Made by a program: the position numbers and the translations under genes. Of a DNA stretch of 64,000 bases, positions 53,728 through 64,000 are shown in pieces; position 1 is the first letter of the stretch; every line of letters starts with the position of its first letter. The notes beneath the pieces are model-generated. The model saw nothing but the letters and a program-made list of their open reading frames with translations, was not told the DNA's origin and did no database searches. Source of the DNA: Gammaproteobacteria bacterium (GTDB taxonomy: Bacteria; Pseudomonadota; Gammaproteobacteria; Eutrophobiales; Eutrophobiaceae); the NCBI GenBank assembly GCA_965240365.1, contig OZ251218.1:3022378-3086377 (forward strand), written 5' to 3'.

Positions 53728-55013
53728 TATGCCTTTGCCCCGAGGCCGTCCGTCACCCTGGCCAGCAGCGCGCTGACGCTGAGGCAATCCGAATGCCGGA
53801 CCTGCTTCAGCGGCAGGGCCACCACATTATCCATGCGAAACAACTGCCCGCCGTGATCCACGCCGGGGGTGGCGACCGGGACAAACACCTCGGGCGTGAA
53901 ATCGAGCCGGGTATCCGGGGTCGCCAGCACGATCACGGGCATATCCGCGCGCGGCAGATCATGGGCCGGGCTAAAACTGGATACCCAGACAAGCGCGTCG
54001 GCCTCCCGGTTTTTCAGCACATTATCTATTGAGTAGCGGTGCGCGTCATAATCCGGGTAACCCTTATTAAAACTGACCCGGAGCGGGTAGCCGCTTTGCC
54101 ACGCGCAGATCGTATTGGCCGTTACAGCGCCATCCGCGCCGCTCAACGGCAGGCCGGCAAAGCGGGTGAACCGCGTCAGACACTTCACCAGCCCGCAAAG
54201 ACTCTGAATCGTGAGTTCGGCATGAGGAATATCCAGATCGGCGGCCGACCAGACGAGGACGCCATAACGCGCGGCCTTCATTTTTTCCGCGAGAGCGCGC
54301 AGGGCTTCCAGTTTTACCCCGGCCACTGCATCGGCGTCAATATCAGCGCCCGCGACCAGGGCGCGCAGGGTCGAGACAAGCTCGCCAATCTGCCCGGTCC
54401 TGCACGGCAACAGGGCAGGGGGCCGGCCGTTCGGGCCGATGCCGGGCCGGGTATTCAGCCCGGCGCCGATATAGACCAGCTCGCGCTTCTTTCCGGTCTT
54501 AAACAGCGCCTTCTGATTCCAGACCAGCCGTTCATAAAAACGCGGATAACGGTCGGCATCGGCGCCGGCAAAAACGATCAAATCGGCCCGGTTCCTGATC
54601 TCGGCCAGACTGGTGGTAATCCAGCCCTGCTCCTGCAAGACCAGGGTATTGCGGCTCAACGCGGCGCCGTGCATGTGGTCCAGTATGGCCCCGGTCCGGT
54701 CCGCGAGCCGCATCACCTGACGCATCCCGGCGGCGTCAACGCCAAGCCCGGCGATGAGCGGCGTGCGGGCATTTTTCAGGATCCGTTTTATTTCAGCAAC
54801 GGCCGCCCTGGTTGACGCCTTCTTGCCTTTAATTTGCGGATAATTCTCAACGGGCGCCTTCTGAAAACCGGCCCTGGCCTGCTGGCAGCCGTTTTCCAAC
54901 ACCACAAGCCGCCCGCGCTCATTCCGGACTGTCAGATCATCACACAGCATGGCGCAAAAAGGGCAAGTCACGCCACGGCTGATCTCCGGGATGCTGTTTA
55001 CTGTCTTCTCCAA
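53727..55013 (-). CDS. fhcB: Formyltransferase/hydrolase complex subunit B (FwdB-like)
   Basis: 428 aa; N-terminal Cys cluster CPFCAMLCDD; molybdopterin-oxidoreductase-like fold. Confidence 0.8.
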   Translation of the reverse strand: MEKTVNSIPEISRGVTCPFCAMLCDDLTVRNERGRLVVLENGCQQARAGFQKAPVENYPQIKGKKASTRAAVAEIKRILKNARTPLIAGLGVDAAGMRQVMRLADRTGAILDHMHGAALSRNTLVLQEQGWITTSLAEIRNRADLIVFAGADADRYPRFYERLVWNQKALFKTGKKRELVYIGAGLNTRPGIGPNGRPPALLPCRTGQIGELVSTLRALVAGADIDADAVAGVKLEALRALAEKMKAARYGVLVWSAADLDIPHAELTIQSLCGLVKCLTRFTRFAGLPLSGADGAVTANTICAWQSGYPLRVSFNKGYPDYDAHRYSIDNVLKNREADALVWVSSFSPAHDLPRADMPVIVLATPDTRLDFTPEVFVPVATPGVDHGGQLFRMDNVVALPLKQVRHSDCLSVSALLARVTDGLGAKA

Positions 55014-55199
55014 TGGAAATACCTTCCTTATTATTTTTCACACCCGACCGGCCGGGCCACCTCTCCGGCGACAGATATAAATTGAGATCGGTATGAAATG
55101 CAAGAAGAAATAGTAAAGTATTTGCGAAATCGGGGGGTGGCAGATAGGTGGGTCGGAATGATAGGGCGGCAGGAAGGCGTTAAAGGCTGCCGGGATTTA

Positions 55200-56110
55200 C
55201 CTATTGCCTACGCCGGAATGACGACGAAGGAGTAAATAACAGAGGGGGGTCTGAAAGATACCTGGCTATGCCCCCACCGTCATTCCAGCGAAAGCTCGCC
55301 TGCATGGATGCAGGTGGTAGAGCGGCGTCAGGAACAGGCCGCCGAGGAATCCAGTGGTTTATACAATCCATTCCCGCAAAGCCCTGCCTGCAGCAGGCAG
55401 GGGGAATGCCATTTTGACTGGTTTGGTACACGCAGACAGGGCCGGATTCTATTTCGCTCCCCGGCATCGCCTCCCTGGATTCCAGCTTTCGCTGGAATGA
55501 CGTCAGGGGCGGGAATGAAAGAGATGGAAGAGTACCTAAAAGGAGTGGCAAGAAACAAAAAGCCTCGTCATTCCGGCCTTCGCCGGAATGACGACGAGGG
55601 AATAAACAACAGAGGGGAGTCTGAAAGATACTTGGCTACGCCCCCACCGTCATTCCAGCGAAAGCTGGAATCCAGTGGTTTATACAATCCATTCCCGCAA
55701 AGCGGGAATGCCATTGTGGTTGGTTTGGTACAGGCAGACAGGGCCAGATTCTATTTCGCTCCCCGGCATCGCCTTCCTGGATTCCAGCTTTCGCTGGAAT
55801 GACGTCAGGGGCGGGAATGAAAGAGATGGAAGAGTACCTGAAAGGAGTGGCAAGAAACAAAAAGCCTCGTCATTCCGACCTTCGCCGGGCGGCTACGGGC
55901 ATCCTGCCCTCACGCCACATACAGGACATCCTGTCCATAAATGACGACGAGGGAGTAAACAACAGAGGGGGGTCTGAAAGATACCTGGCTACGCCTCCAC
56001 CGTCATTCCAGCGAAAGCTCGCCTGCATGGATGCAGGTGGTAGAGCGGCGTCAGGAACAGGCCGCCGAGGAATCCAGTGGTTTATACAATCCATTCCCGC
56101 AAGGCGGGAA
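55200..56110. repeat. Composite intergenic repeat array between fhcB and autotransporter
   Basis: Same unit families as 49560..50340, ~300-bp higher-order periodicity; one ATTCCC..GGGAAT hairpin carries the 19-bp palindrome in its loop (55383..55401). Confidence 0.7.
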
Positions 56111-56115
56111 TGACA

Positions 56116-59100
56116 TCAAAACTCCCACATAAACCCAACTTGCGCATGCACCCCCAGATCCGCCTTCGAGCCGTAGCGGGCCTCAATATTGGCGCTGAAG
56201 GTCAGCTTCAGGGCCGGCACGACATAGTCGAAGCCCGCCCCCATAAAGCCCGTCACGGCCTTGCCGCCGCCGGCCCTGAACTTGACATCCTGGCCGTCAA
56301 GCAGGCCGCGCACCGTGTCCCCGCTAAGGCGGGCGCGGCCCTCGGCTCCGACCCGGAGTTCGCCGCTAAGCTGGCCCCCGTGAGCGTTCGCGGGAAAGCT
56401 CAGCGGCAAACCCAGGCTGGCGCGCGCGATGCCGATGTGTAAAGCCCGCTCGTTTATCCTGAACGCGGCGGCGCCCTCGGCCCGGCCTTCCGGCTGATAG
56501 GCATAGGCTTCTGTAAACAGGCCCAGATAACGCAGCCGCAACGCCGGGCGCAGCGTCACGCCATTGAAATCAAAGCGGGTGGCAAGCCCCACTTCAGGGT
56601 TGATAAAGAGGCCCGAGTAATCGGTCTGTATGCGTTCGGTCCCGTCTATAGCCCGGTTATTGGCCTGTTGCCACGTGGAGCGGAACTTGCTCCGGCCGAG
56701 CATCAGGGCCACGTTCAGGTCAAGGTTATCCCGGCGGGTGGCGGCCCAGACGCCCGTGAATATGCTCTCGCTGTCTTCATCGCGGGCCGGGCCGCTGACC
56801 TCGACCACGCTGCGGGCCGCGCCCAGAAAGAACCCGGCCCCGGCCTCCGCGCCAATGGTCGAGACGCCCGCCAGACCGCCCCCGTAACGATGCCGGGCGG
56901 GCGGCATGAAGCGCCCGTCCCGTTTGAACCGGTGCAGACCGCCAAAGGGCCTGGCCCAGAGCGCCCTGCGCTTGTCCCCGTCCTCGCCTTGCCCCGGGCT
57001 GTTGATATGACTTTGCCCCTGATGAGTGAGCGCCTCCGAGACCGCGCCCGTCCACTGACTCAGAGCCGCATCGCCGAGCGTGTGGATGGTCGGGTCCAGG
57101 ATGGCCACGGTCGTTTCCGCCTTCCCGAACTGGTTTGAGCGGCGGGTGCCGCGGAGCACGGGCCGGGGGCCGGCTTCAATGGCAAAGCGCGTGGGTTCGG
57201 TCCCGGCCGGGGCGTCGTTGTCGGTCAAGGTAAACTGGGCCGCGCGCGCGGGGATGTATTGCAGGGTATCGCCCGCGCCGTCCCAGTGGATATTCCCTAT
57301 CAGGGTGAAGTTATCGCGCAGGATCAGGCGATCCCGGCCCTGGCCTCTGAGCATCAGGGCGTCGCCCGCCGTGCCATCCAGCGAGCGCAATATACCGGCG
57401 TGATCAATCGTCGTGTCGCCGGCCCGCGCGCGCTCGACCAGGATGCCGGTCTTGCCCTCGATCGTGCCGCCTTTTTTATTAAGCAGCAGCTCAATGGCCC
57501 CGCGCGCGAAAATGCCGCGCGCGGTCTTGCCACCCGCGATGCGGCCGCTGTTCTCAAGCCGCCCGCCGGCGCCGAGCGAGAGGCCCGCGCCGGTCTTGCC
57601 CTCGATCGTGCCGCTGTTAGTCAGCGTGTTGATCGCGCCGCGCGCCAGAATGCCGTTGTCTCCGCCCGCGATCCTGCCGGTATTATCAAGGTTGCCGATA
57701 GAGGCGGCCATGACGCCGTTGCCTTTGGCAGATTCAATCGTGCCGCTATTGTCAAGCCGGGTAATCGGCCCGGCCGCGAGGCCCGCGCCCGTGCCGCCCG
57801 CGATGCGGCCGCTGTTTTCCGCGAGGCGGATGGTGTTTGGGCCATAATCCGCCCCGGCCGCGCCGCCTTCGATCGTGCCCGTGTTTTTCAGCGTGGCGAG
57901 GCCGGAGACCATGCCGCTGAGTTTGATGCCTTCATTGGCCTCGCCGCGGATCGTGCCGCTGTTGTCAAGATTCAGGATGTTGGCGGCCTCAATGCCCACG
58001 GCGCCGCTGGTAATGGCCGCGCGGCGGCCGTTATTTTGCAGGCGGGTGATCAGCCCGGCCTTGAGCGCCGCGCCGCGGCCGCCGCGGATTGTGCCGCTGT
58101 TGTTCAGGGTGTTGACCGCGCCGCGCGCCAGAATGCCGTTGTCCCCGCCCGCGATCCTGCCGGCGTTGTCGAGGCGGCCGATGGAGGCGGCCATGACGCC
58201 GTTGCCTGCCGTAGATTCAATCGTGCCGCCCGCCTTGTTGTCGAGCCGGGTAATCGGCCCGGCCGCGAGGCCCGCGTCCGCGCCGCCCGCGATGCGGCCG
58301 CTGTTTTCGGCCAGGAGGATGGCGTTTTGGCCATAATCCGCCCCGATCGTGCCGCCCTCGATCGTGCCCGTGTTTTCCAGCGTGACAGGGTCGGGGGCCG
58401 TGCTGCTGAGTCTGATGCCTTCACTGGCCGCGGCGCCCCTGGGGATGGCCGCGCGCCGGCCGTTATTCGGCCCGGCCTTGAGCGCCGCGCCGCGGCCGCC
58501 GCGGATTGTGCCGCTGTTGTTCAGGGTGTTGACCGCGCCGCGCGCCAGAATGCCGTTGTCTCCGCCTTCGATCCTGCCGGCGTTGTCGAGGCGGCCGATG
58601 GAGGCGGCCATGAGGCCGTTGCCCGCGGTGGATTCAATCGTGCCGCCCGCCTTGTTGTCGAGCCGGGTAATCGGCCCGGCCGTGAGGCCCGCGCCCGTGC
58701 CGCCCGTGATGCGGCCGTTGTTTTCGGCGAGGCGGATGGCGTTTTGGCCATAATCCGCCCCGGCCGCGCCGCCCTTGATCGTGCCTGTATTTTTCAGCGT
58801 GACGGGGCCGGGGGCCGTGCCGCTGAGCTTGATGCCGTTGTCTCCGCCTTCGATCCTGCCGGCGTTGTCGAGGCGGCCGATAGAGGCGGCCATGACGCCA
58901 TTGCTTGCGGTGGATTCAATCGTACCGCCCGCCTTGTTGTCGAGTCGGGTAATCGGCCCGGCCGTGAGGCCCGCGCCCGTGCCGCCCGCGATGCGGCCGC
59001 TGTTTTCGGCGAGGCGGATGGCGTTTTGGCCATAATCTGCCCCGATCGTGCCGCCCTCGATCGTGCCCGTGTTTTCCAGCGTGACGGGGCCGGGGGCCGT

Positions 59101-61554
59101 GCCGTTGAGCTTGATGCCTGTACTGGCCGCGCCGCGGATTGTGCCGCTGTTGTTCAGGGTGTTGACCGCGCCGCGCGCCAGAATGCCGTTGTCTCCGCCT
59201 TCGATCCTGCCGGCGTTGTCGAGGCGGCCGATAGAGGCGGCCATGAGGCCGTTGCCTGCCGTGGATTCAATCGTGCCGCCCGCCTTGTTGTCGAGCCGGG
59301 TAATCGGCCCGGCCGTGAGGCCCGCGCCCGTGCCGCCCGCGATGCGGCCGCTGTTTTCCGCGAGGCGGATGGTGTTTTGGCCATAATCCACCCCGGCCGC
59401 GCCGCCCTTGATCGTGCCCGTGTTTTTCAGCGTGACGGGGCCGGGGGCCGTGCCGCTGAGCTTGATGCCTTCATTGGCCGTGCCGCGGATCGTGGCGCTG
59501 TTGTCCAGGCGGCCGATGGAACCGGCCTGGATGCCGCGCTTCCTGCCCGCGATTTCGCCGCGGCCGGTGTTGGCCAGGGTTCTGATATGGCCCGAGACAT
59601 TCAGCCCCTCACTGTTTGTTCCCGACCCTTCGCTTTCGATCCTGCCGCTGTTGTTCAGGTCGCCAATCGACGCGGCCCTGACGCCGCTCTGAACGCCCTT
59701 AATGACGCCTTTGTTTGTCAGTTCGTCGATTGCGCCATCCGCGCGGACGCCGTCCGGGCCGCTCCCGGAGATCTCGCCATCGTTCTCAAGCCTGCCGATC
59801 CGGTTTTCGGCATGAACGCCAAGATTGCCCGAGATCGTGCCGTCTTTTTTATTGATCAGGGTATTGATAGTCCTGGCCTTAACCCCCCCATTGCCGCCCG
59901 AGATCTCACCGTTGTTCTCCAGGCCGCCGAGTTCAGACCCGCCGATCCGGTCTTCGGCATGAACGCCAAAATTGCGCGAACCCGAGATCGTGCCGTCTTT
60001 TTTATTGATCAAGGTATTGATAATGCTGGCCTTAACCCCGCTATCGCCGCCCGAGATCTCACCGCTGTTCTCCAAAACCCCGTTATCACCATTTGAGATT
60101 TTACCGCTCTCCAGGCGGCCGAATGCAAGCGTGCCGATCCGGTCTTCGGCGTGAACGCCAAAATTGCGCGAACCCGAGATCGTGCCGCCTTTTTTATTGT
60201 TTAAGGTGGTGATAACCTTCGCCTTAACCCCGCCATCGCCACCCGAGATTTCGCCGCTGTTCTCCAGCCGGCCGAGCGTTTCTGTTACCGTGACGCCCCT
60301 GTTGCTGGTGCTCTCCCCGGCGGCGGCGCCCTGAATTTTACCGCCCGCCTTGTTCTTCAGCAGGTCGATGGCGTTTGCGAATACGCCGGTTTGGCCTTCA
60401 ATCTGGCCGCTGTTGTCCAGCTCGGCGATGGAGGAAGCGGCATGGAGGCCGTGAGCGCCGCCCTTGATCGTGCCGCTGTTCGTCAGTTTTTCGCTGGCTA
60501 TGGTCCCAGAAGTGAGGCGGATGCCGGCATGACCGGCGCCGCCCTCGATCCGGCCGCTTTTTTTATTGCTCAGTTCCGTGCCGATAGAACCCGCCCTGAT
60601 GCCGTCACGCGGGCCCTGAATGAGGCCAGTTGCCTCATTGGTCAATGTGTCGATGGCGCCGCTGCCTATCAGGCCGAAGCCCTTCCCTGCCTCAGGGTCG
60701 CCGGTATTGGTTCGGCCGAGTATTTTACCGGCGTTGCTAAGCGTGCCGATGCTGCCGAAAACGATGCCGTTTCCGGATGTCGATGTAATTTCGGCGTCCT
60801 TTTCGTTGCTCAGCTTGTCGATTTTGCCACCCGTGGAGATGGCCGCCTCAATATTGCCGATTAGCTCGCCCTGGTTGGTCAATGTGCCGATGGAGGCGGC
60901 TTTAACGCCGAAAGTAATTCCCGTGATGGTCGCAGTCGCTGTCCCGGTCGCTTCGTTGCTCAGGTTTTCAATACGGCCGCGGGCCAGAATAGCGCGTTCG
61001 GATTCAATCTTGCCGCTGTTGGTCAGCGTGGTTATACTGCCTGTAGTGTTAATACCGAAATCAGTAGCGTCAATCGTGCCGCTGTTTTTCACCTCGCTAG
61101 ATGGAATTGGCGAAAAAACCGACAGTCCCTTTCAAAGTGCCCCTGTTGTCCAGTCCAGATATTGCTGGCGTTCCCAGAGACAGCAATTATTTTCTCTCAC
61201 GCCAAAGACGGGGCCTCCAACTGCAGTAATTGTAACGCCGGGCAACACGATCAGGGTTTCGTTATCTTTGAGAGTATTTATTTGCCTTCCGTCTTTATCT
61301 ATCGTGATATTTTTACGCTCCACCGCTAACGGGGACAGAGGCAGCGCCAGCAGCAGCGCCAGAGACAGCGGGCAGAGACAGCGCCCGGCGGCGCGCCCGG
61401 GCCGGCCATGCCCCGGCCTCTGTCCCCCTGCCTGTCGTCGGATTTGAATCAATAGGGCCTGCAACATCATCTCTCTCGCATATGGCCGGAAGGCGTTATG
61501 TGGATAGTTTGTATCGGTCAAGCGCCACGGTCCGCGCTTCATTTCCGGGCGCAA
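56116..61554 (-). pseudogene. Giant autotransporter adhesin (1812 codons) with in-frame TGA near N-terminus
   Basis: C-terminal autotransporter beta-barrel ending ...AQVGFMWEF; passenger with >=6 near-identical ~115-135-aa tandem repeats (...LDNKAGGTIESTAGNG(L/V)MAASIGRLDNAGRIEGGDNG...); signal-peptide-bearing N-part (61135..61554) in same frame, separated only by TGA at 61132..61134. Confidence 0.75.
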
Positions 61555-61589
61555 GCATAAACATTCCGCGCTTGCCGGGCAAGCATTCT

Positions 61590-61940
61590 TTTGACCCCCG
61601 CCGCCCGTTGCTACGCCACCCCCACCGTTACGTTGCCTGGTTTGGTGTTGGCGGGTAAAAAGAACGTCATTCTAACTGGCACGGTGAGGCAGAAAGCGCC
61701 GGGTTCCGTTTCACACCCCGGCGCCGCCCTCCTGGATTCCAGCTTTCGCTGGAATGACGACGGGGCGGAAATGAAAAAACGGAAGAGTATCTAAAAGGGG
61801 TGGCATTGAACAAAAAGCCCCGTCATTCCAGCGAAAGATGGAATCCAGTGGTTTATACAATCCATTCCCGCAAAGCGGGAATGCCATTTTTCCCATGAGT
61901 CCCTCCGTCCTGTCATACCTGCCTGCTTACAACAGGCAGG
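61590..61940. repeat. Intergenic repeat array
   Basis: TCATTCCAGCGAAAGATGGAATCCAGTGG, ATTCCCGCAAAGCGGGAAT and a long-loop hairpin variant CCTGCCTGC-TTACAA-CAGGCAGG. Confidence 0.6.
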
Positions 61941-61970
61941 CGCAAGCGGGCATAACAATTCAGGCTTGCT

Positions 61971-62783
61971 TCATTTCCCAACATACAAAAGAATTTCGCC
62001 CCGGTTTAATTCAACGGCGTCGCCGCACCAGCGTTCGAAGCGGCCATCAAGCAGGCGTTCGCCGGTATGGATGCCAAGCGCGTTCAGGTAATGGCAGAAA
62101 TGCCTTAGAAAGGTGGGCCGGTATTGGCAACTGAGGCCGAAACTGGGCAGCATTTCGGCCTTGTTCAGGCAGATAATGGAGCCGCGCTTCATCCCGGCGC
62201 CGGCGCGAATGCCCATTTCACCCAGGACAATAATGGTGCCGGCCAGCATATTGACCCCGGTAAAATCGCCGCTGTTGCCGCCCACCACGATCAGGCCGCG
62301 GCGCATGACATGGCCGGTCTCGTTTTTGACATTGCCATGCACGATGATCTCGCCGCCCTGCATGCCCGCCGCGCTGCCGCGGTAGCCGCTGCCGGTCATG
62401 TGCCCGGCATTGCCCCGGACGGTGATCCGGCCGCCCTGCATCTCCGCCCCGAGCCAGTCTCCGGCGTTGCCCTCGACCACGATCTCGCCGCCGCGCATGA
62501 CCGCCCCGGTATGCAGCCCGACATCCCCCGCGATGGTTATTTGGCCGCAGGACATGGTTGCGCCGATATGCTTGACCGCGGACAGATCGCCGTCAATCTC
62601 GATATGGCCGTCAAAATGGCCCCGGCAATCGAAAAAATCGCCCAATTCAGCCTGACGGTTGCCATGCAGGACGGCGAGCCTGGCAATGGCCGGGTTATCC
62701 AGCGGCTTGAACCGGTCCGGGCAGATACAATCCGCTTCCAGCGGCGCCTCCGGCCTGGTATGCAGTTTGAGTTTCAGGGTCAT
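61971..62783 (-). CDS. Second, divergent FwdC/FhcC-like beta-helix protein
   Basis: 270 aa, GxxGxxxG repeats; ~35% identity by eye to fhcC at 50353. Confidence 0.7.
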   Translation of the reverse strand: MTLKLKLHTRPEAPLEADCICPDRFKPLDNPAIARLAVLHGNRQAELGDFFDCRGHFDGHIEIDGDLSAVKHIGATMSCGQITIAGDVGLHTGAVMRGGEIVVEGNAGDWLGAEMQGGRITVRGNAGHMTGSGYRGSAAGMQGGEIIVHGNVKNETGHVMRRGLIVVGGNSGDFTGVNMLAGTIIVLGEMGIRAGAGMKRGSIICLNKAEMLPSFGLSCQYRPTFLRHFCHYLNALGIHTGERLLDGRFERWCGDAVELNRGEILLYVGK

Positions 62784-62789
62784 GTCGTG

Positions 62790-63140
62790 GGTTTCAGGAT
62801 TTGGTTGATGACGGGTATTTTATTCTGTCTGGCACAGTACAGACAGACAGAACCGGGTTTCATTCCAATCCCCGGCATAGCCTTCCTGGATTCCAGCTTT
62901 CGCTGGACGGCTACGGGCATCCTGCCCTCTCGCCGCATACAGGACATCCTGTCCATAAATGACGACGGGGGTAGCAGGTGTATTCCGGCAATCTTCAATG
63001 TTATTGTCAACCGACCCGTTGTTCCAGCCCGCCGATGTTCTCACCAACCCGTCATTCCGGCGAAGGCCGGAATCCAGTGGTTTTTTTCAATACATTCCCG
63101 CGTAAGCCCTGCCTGCAGCAGGCAGGGGGAATGACAATTA
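62790..63140. repeat. Intergenic repeat array
   Basis: ATTCCCGCGTAAG[19-bp palindrome]GGGAATGAC at 63090..63135 plus GGAATCCAGTGG hairpins. Confidence 0.6.
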
Positions 63141-63150
63141 AGCAGACATC

Positions 63151-64000
63151 TTAAGCCAGCAGTTTTTGCAAGTGAATCTGATACTGCCCCAAACCGCCAC
63201 CGTAGTTGCCGGCCGCGATCTTTTTCAGGCCGGGGCGGGCCGCGGCCCGCATGCCGGCGCGCATGGCCTTTTGCACGGCTTCCAGTGTGAGACCGTCAAT
63301 GACGATTTCCAGCACGCTGTTAATGCCCGCTTCCAGCCGGCTGTCCGCGGTCACGCCGCGCAGGGTCGGGCACCAGGCCTCGTTGGTTGAGGCAATGAGC
63401 GCCTTGTAGCGCGAACCCACCTTGCTGCCGCTGCGCACCACGCCATTCGGAAAGGGCAGGATAATATCCCGGATCGACCGCATTGCTTTAACGGCGGCCG
63501 CGGCCGCGCGCAGGGCGGTGGTTTGATCTTTGGCCAGGAGCAGCAGGTTGCCGCCGCCCACGGCGTCTTGCAACTTGAATTCATCATCGACCAGAAATTC
63601 GCCGTCCATAACCGGGATCCGCCAGAGCCGCCGGCCGGCGATGACCTTGCTCTGTTGCCAGCCATCGCCAAAGTAGCGCAGTTGGCCGCCGACCGTGACG
63701 GCCGCGCCCTCGGTCAGCCCGTTGTAGCAGGCCGTAGAGGGACAGGTCATCACGCATTGACCGACGCGCTCGACCAGGCGTTTGCCGAGGCTTGCGGGAT
63801 CCATCGCAAACAACAACACGGAAACGGCCGGCCTGAGATCCGGCGAGGCGTCTGCCGGCAGTTCGCATTCTATGCCGGCCTCGCATTTACAGCCGATCAC
63901 CGAGGTGGCAAAGCCGGTCATGGAGCGGCCCGCGGCCCGGGCCCATTCCCTGGTCGCGGCCGTGATGATGACGCGCGCGGCGACCATCTTGAAGGCTTCG
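63151..64000 (-). CDS. Second Ftr-like formyltransferase (5'-partial; N-terminus beyond window)
   Basis: Aligns with fhcD from residue ~55 (…IIITAATREWARAAG…LEIVIDGL…); continues to window edge. Confidence 0.75.
   Translation of the reverse strand, partial: EAFKMVAARVIITAATREWARAAGRSMTGFATSVIGCKCEAGIECELPADASPDLRPAVSVLLFAMDPASLGKRLVERVGQCVMTCPSTACYNGLTEGAAVTVGGQLRYFGDGWQQSKVIAGRRLWRIPVMDGEFLVDDEFKLQDAVGGGNLLLLAKDQTTALRAAAAAVKAMRSIRDIILPFPNGVVRSGSKVGSRYKALIASTNEAWCPTLRGVTADSRLEAGINSVLEIVIDGLTLEAVQKAMRAGMRAAARPGLKKIAAGNYGGGLGQYQIHLQKLLA

Noticed and set aside
57259-60096. 945-aa ORF on + strand (Ala/Arg/Gly-rich)
   Set aside because: Lies antisense to the autotransporter repeat region. High GC and the repeat periodicity create long open frames; no start context and composition typical of antisense artefacts.

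Overview
High-GC (~60-65%) chromosomal segment, probably from a gammaproteobacterial C1-oxidiser (methanotroph/methylotroph-like). The inference rests on gamma-type synteny (uvrC-pgsA-tRNA-Gly-tRNA-Cys, zipA-ligA, ccoG-fixH) plus an H4MPT-pathway formyltransferase/hydrolase operon (fhcCDAB), an NAD-dependent formate dehydrogenase (fdsBA) and a second divergent fhcC/ftr pair. The core genes are interleaved with a heavily decayed accessory landscape: IS110 (2 copies), IS630 (2), IS1182-like, IS30 (2, one rearranged), IS4-like, a tandem IS5/IS1031 dimer, IS481, ISAs1 and IS256 fragments. A lower-GC catabolic island (IclR, TRAP dctPQM, CoA-transferase, cupin, crotonase, PaaK-like ligase) and a second TRAP system are also present.

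Most notable observations:
1. A low-GC islet carries a PARIS-like AriA(ABC ATPase)/AriB(DUF4435-TOPRIM) defence pair whose ATPase is interrupted by one in-frame TAA.
2. A hyper-abundant 19-bp hairpin (CCTGCCTGC(A/T)GCAGGCAGG, ~45 copies) is found almost only inside IS/pseudogene DNA and inside the loops of other hairpin repeats. Copy-specific presence/absence between duplicated IS copies shows exact 19-bp insertions without target duplication.
3. Both IS110 copies have their left end abutting this hairpin.
4. Composite ATTCCC-N8-GGGAAT (dRS3-like) repeat arrays flank the fhc operons and a 1812-codon autotransporter with tandem passenger repeats.
5. Five accessory genes carry single in-frame nonsense codons. 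Three frameshifts (two in fdsA, one in dctM) sit in homopolymer runs and look like sequencing artefacts.

A BrnT/BrnA TA pair, an orphan FliN/SpoA protein, a gcvT remnant and a split MOSC/reductase pair are also noted.
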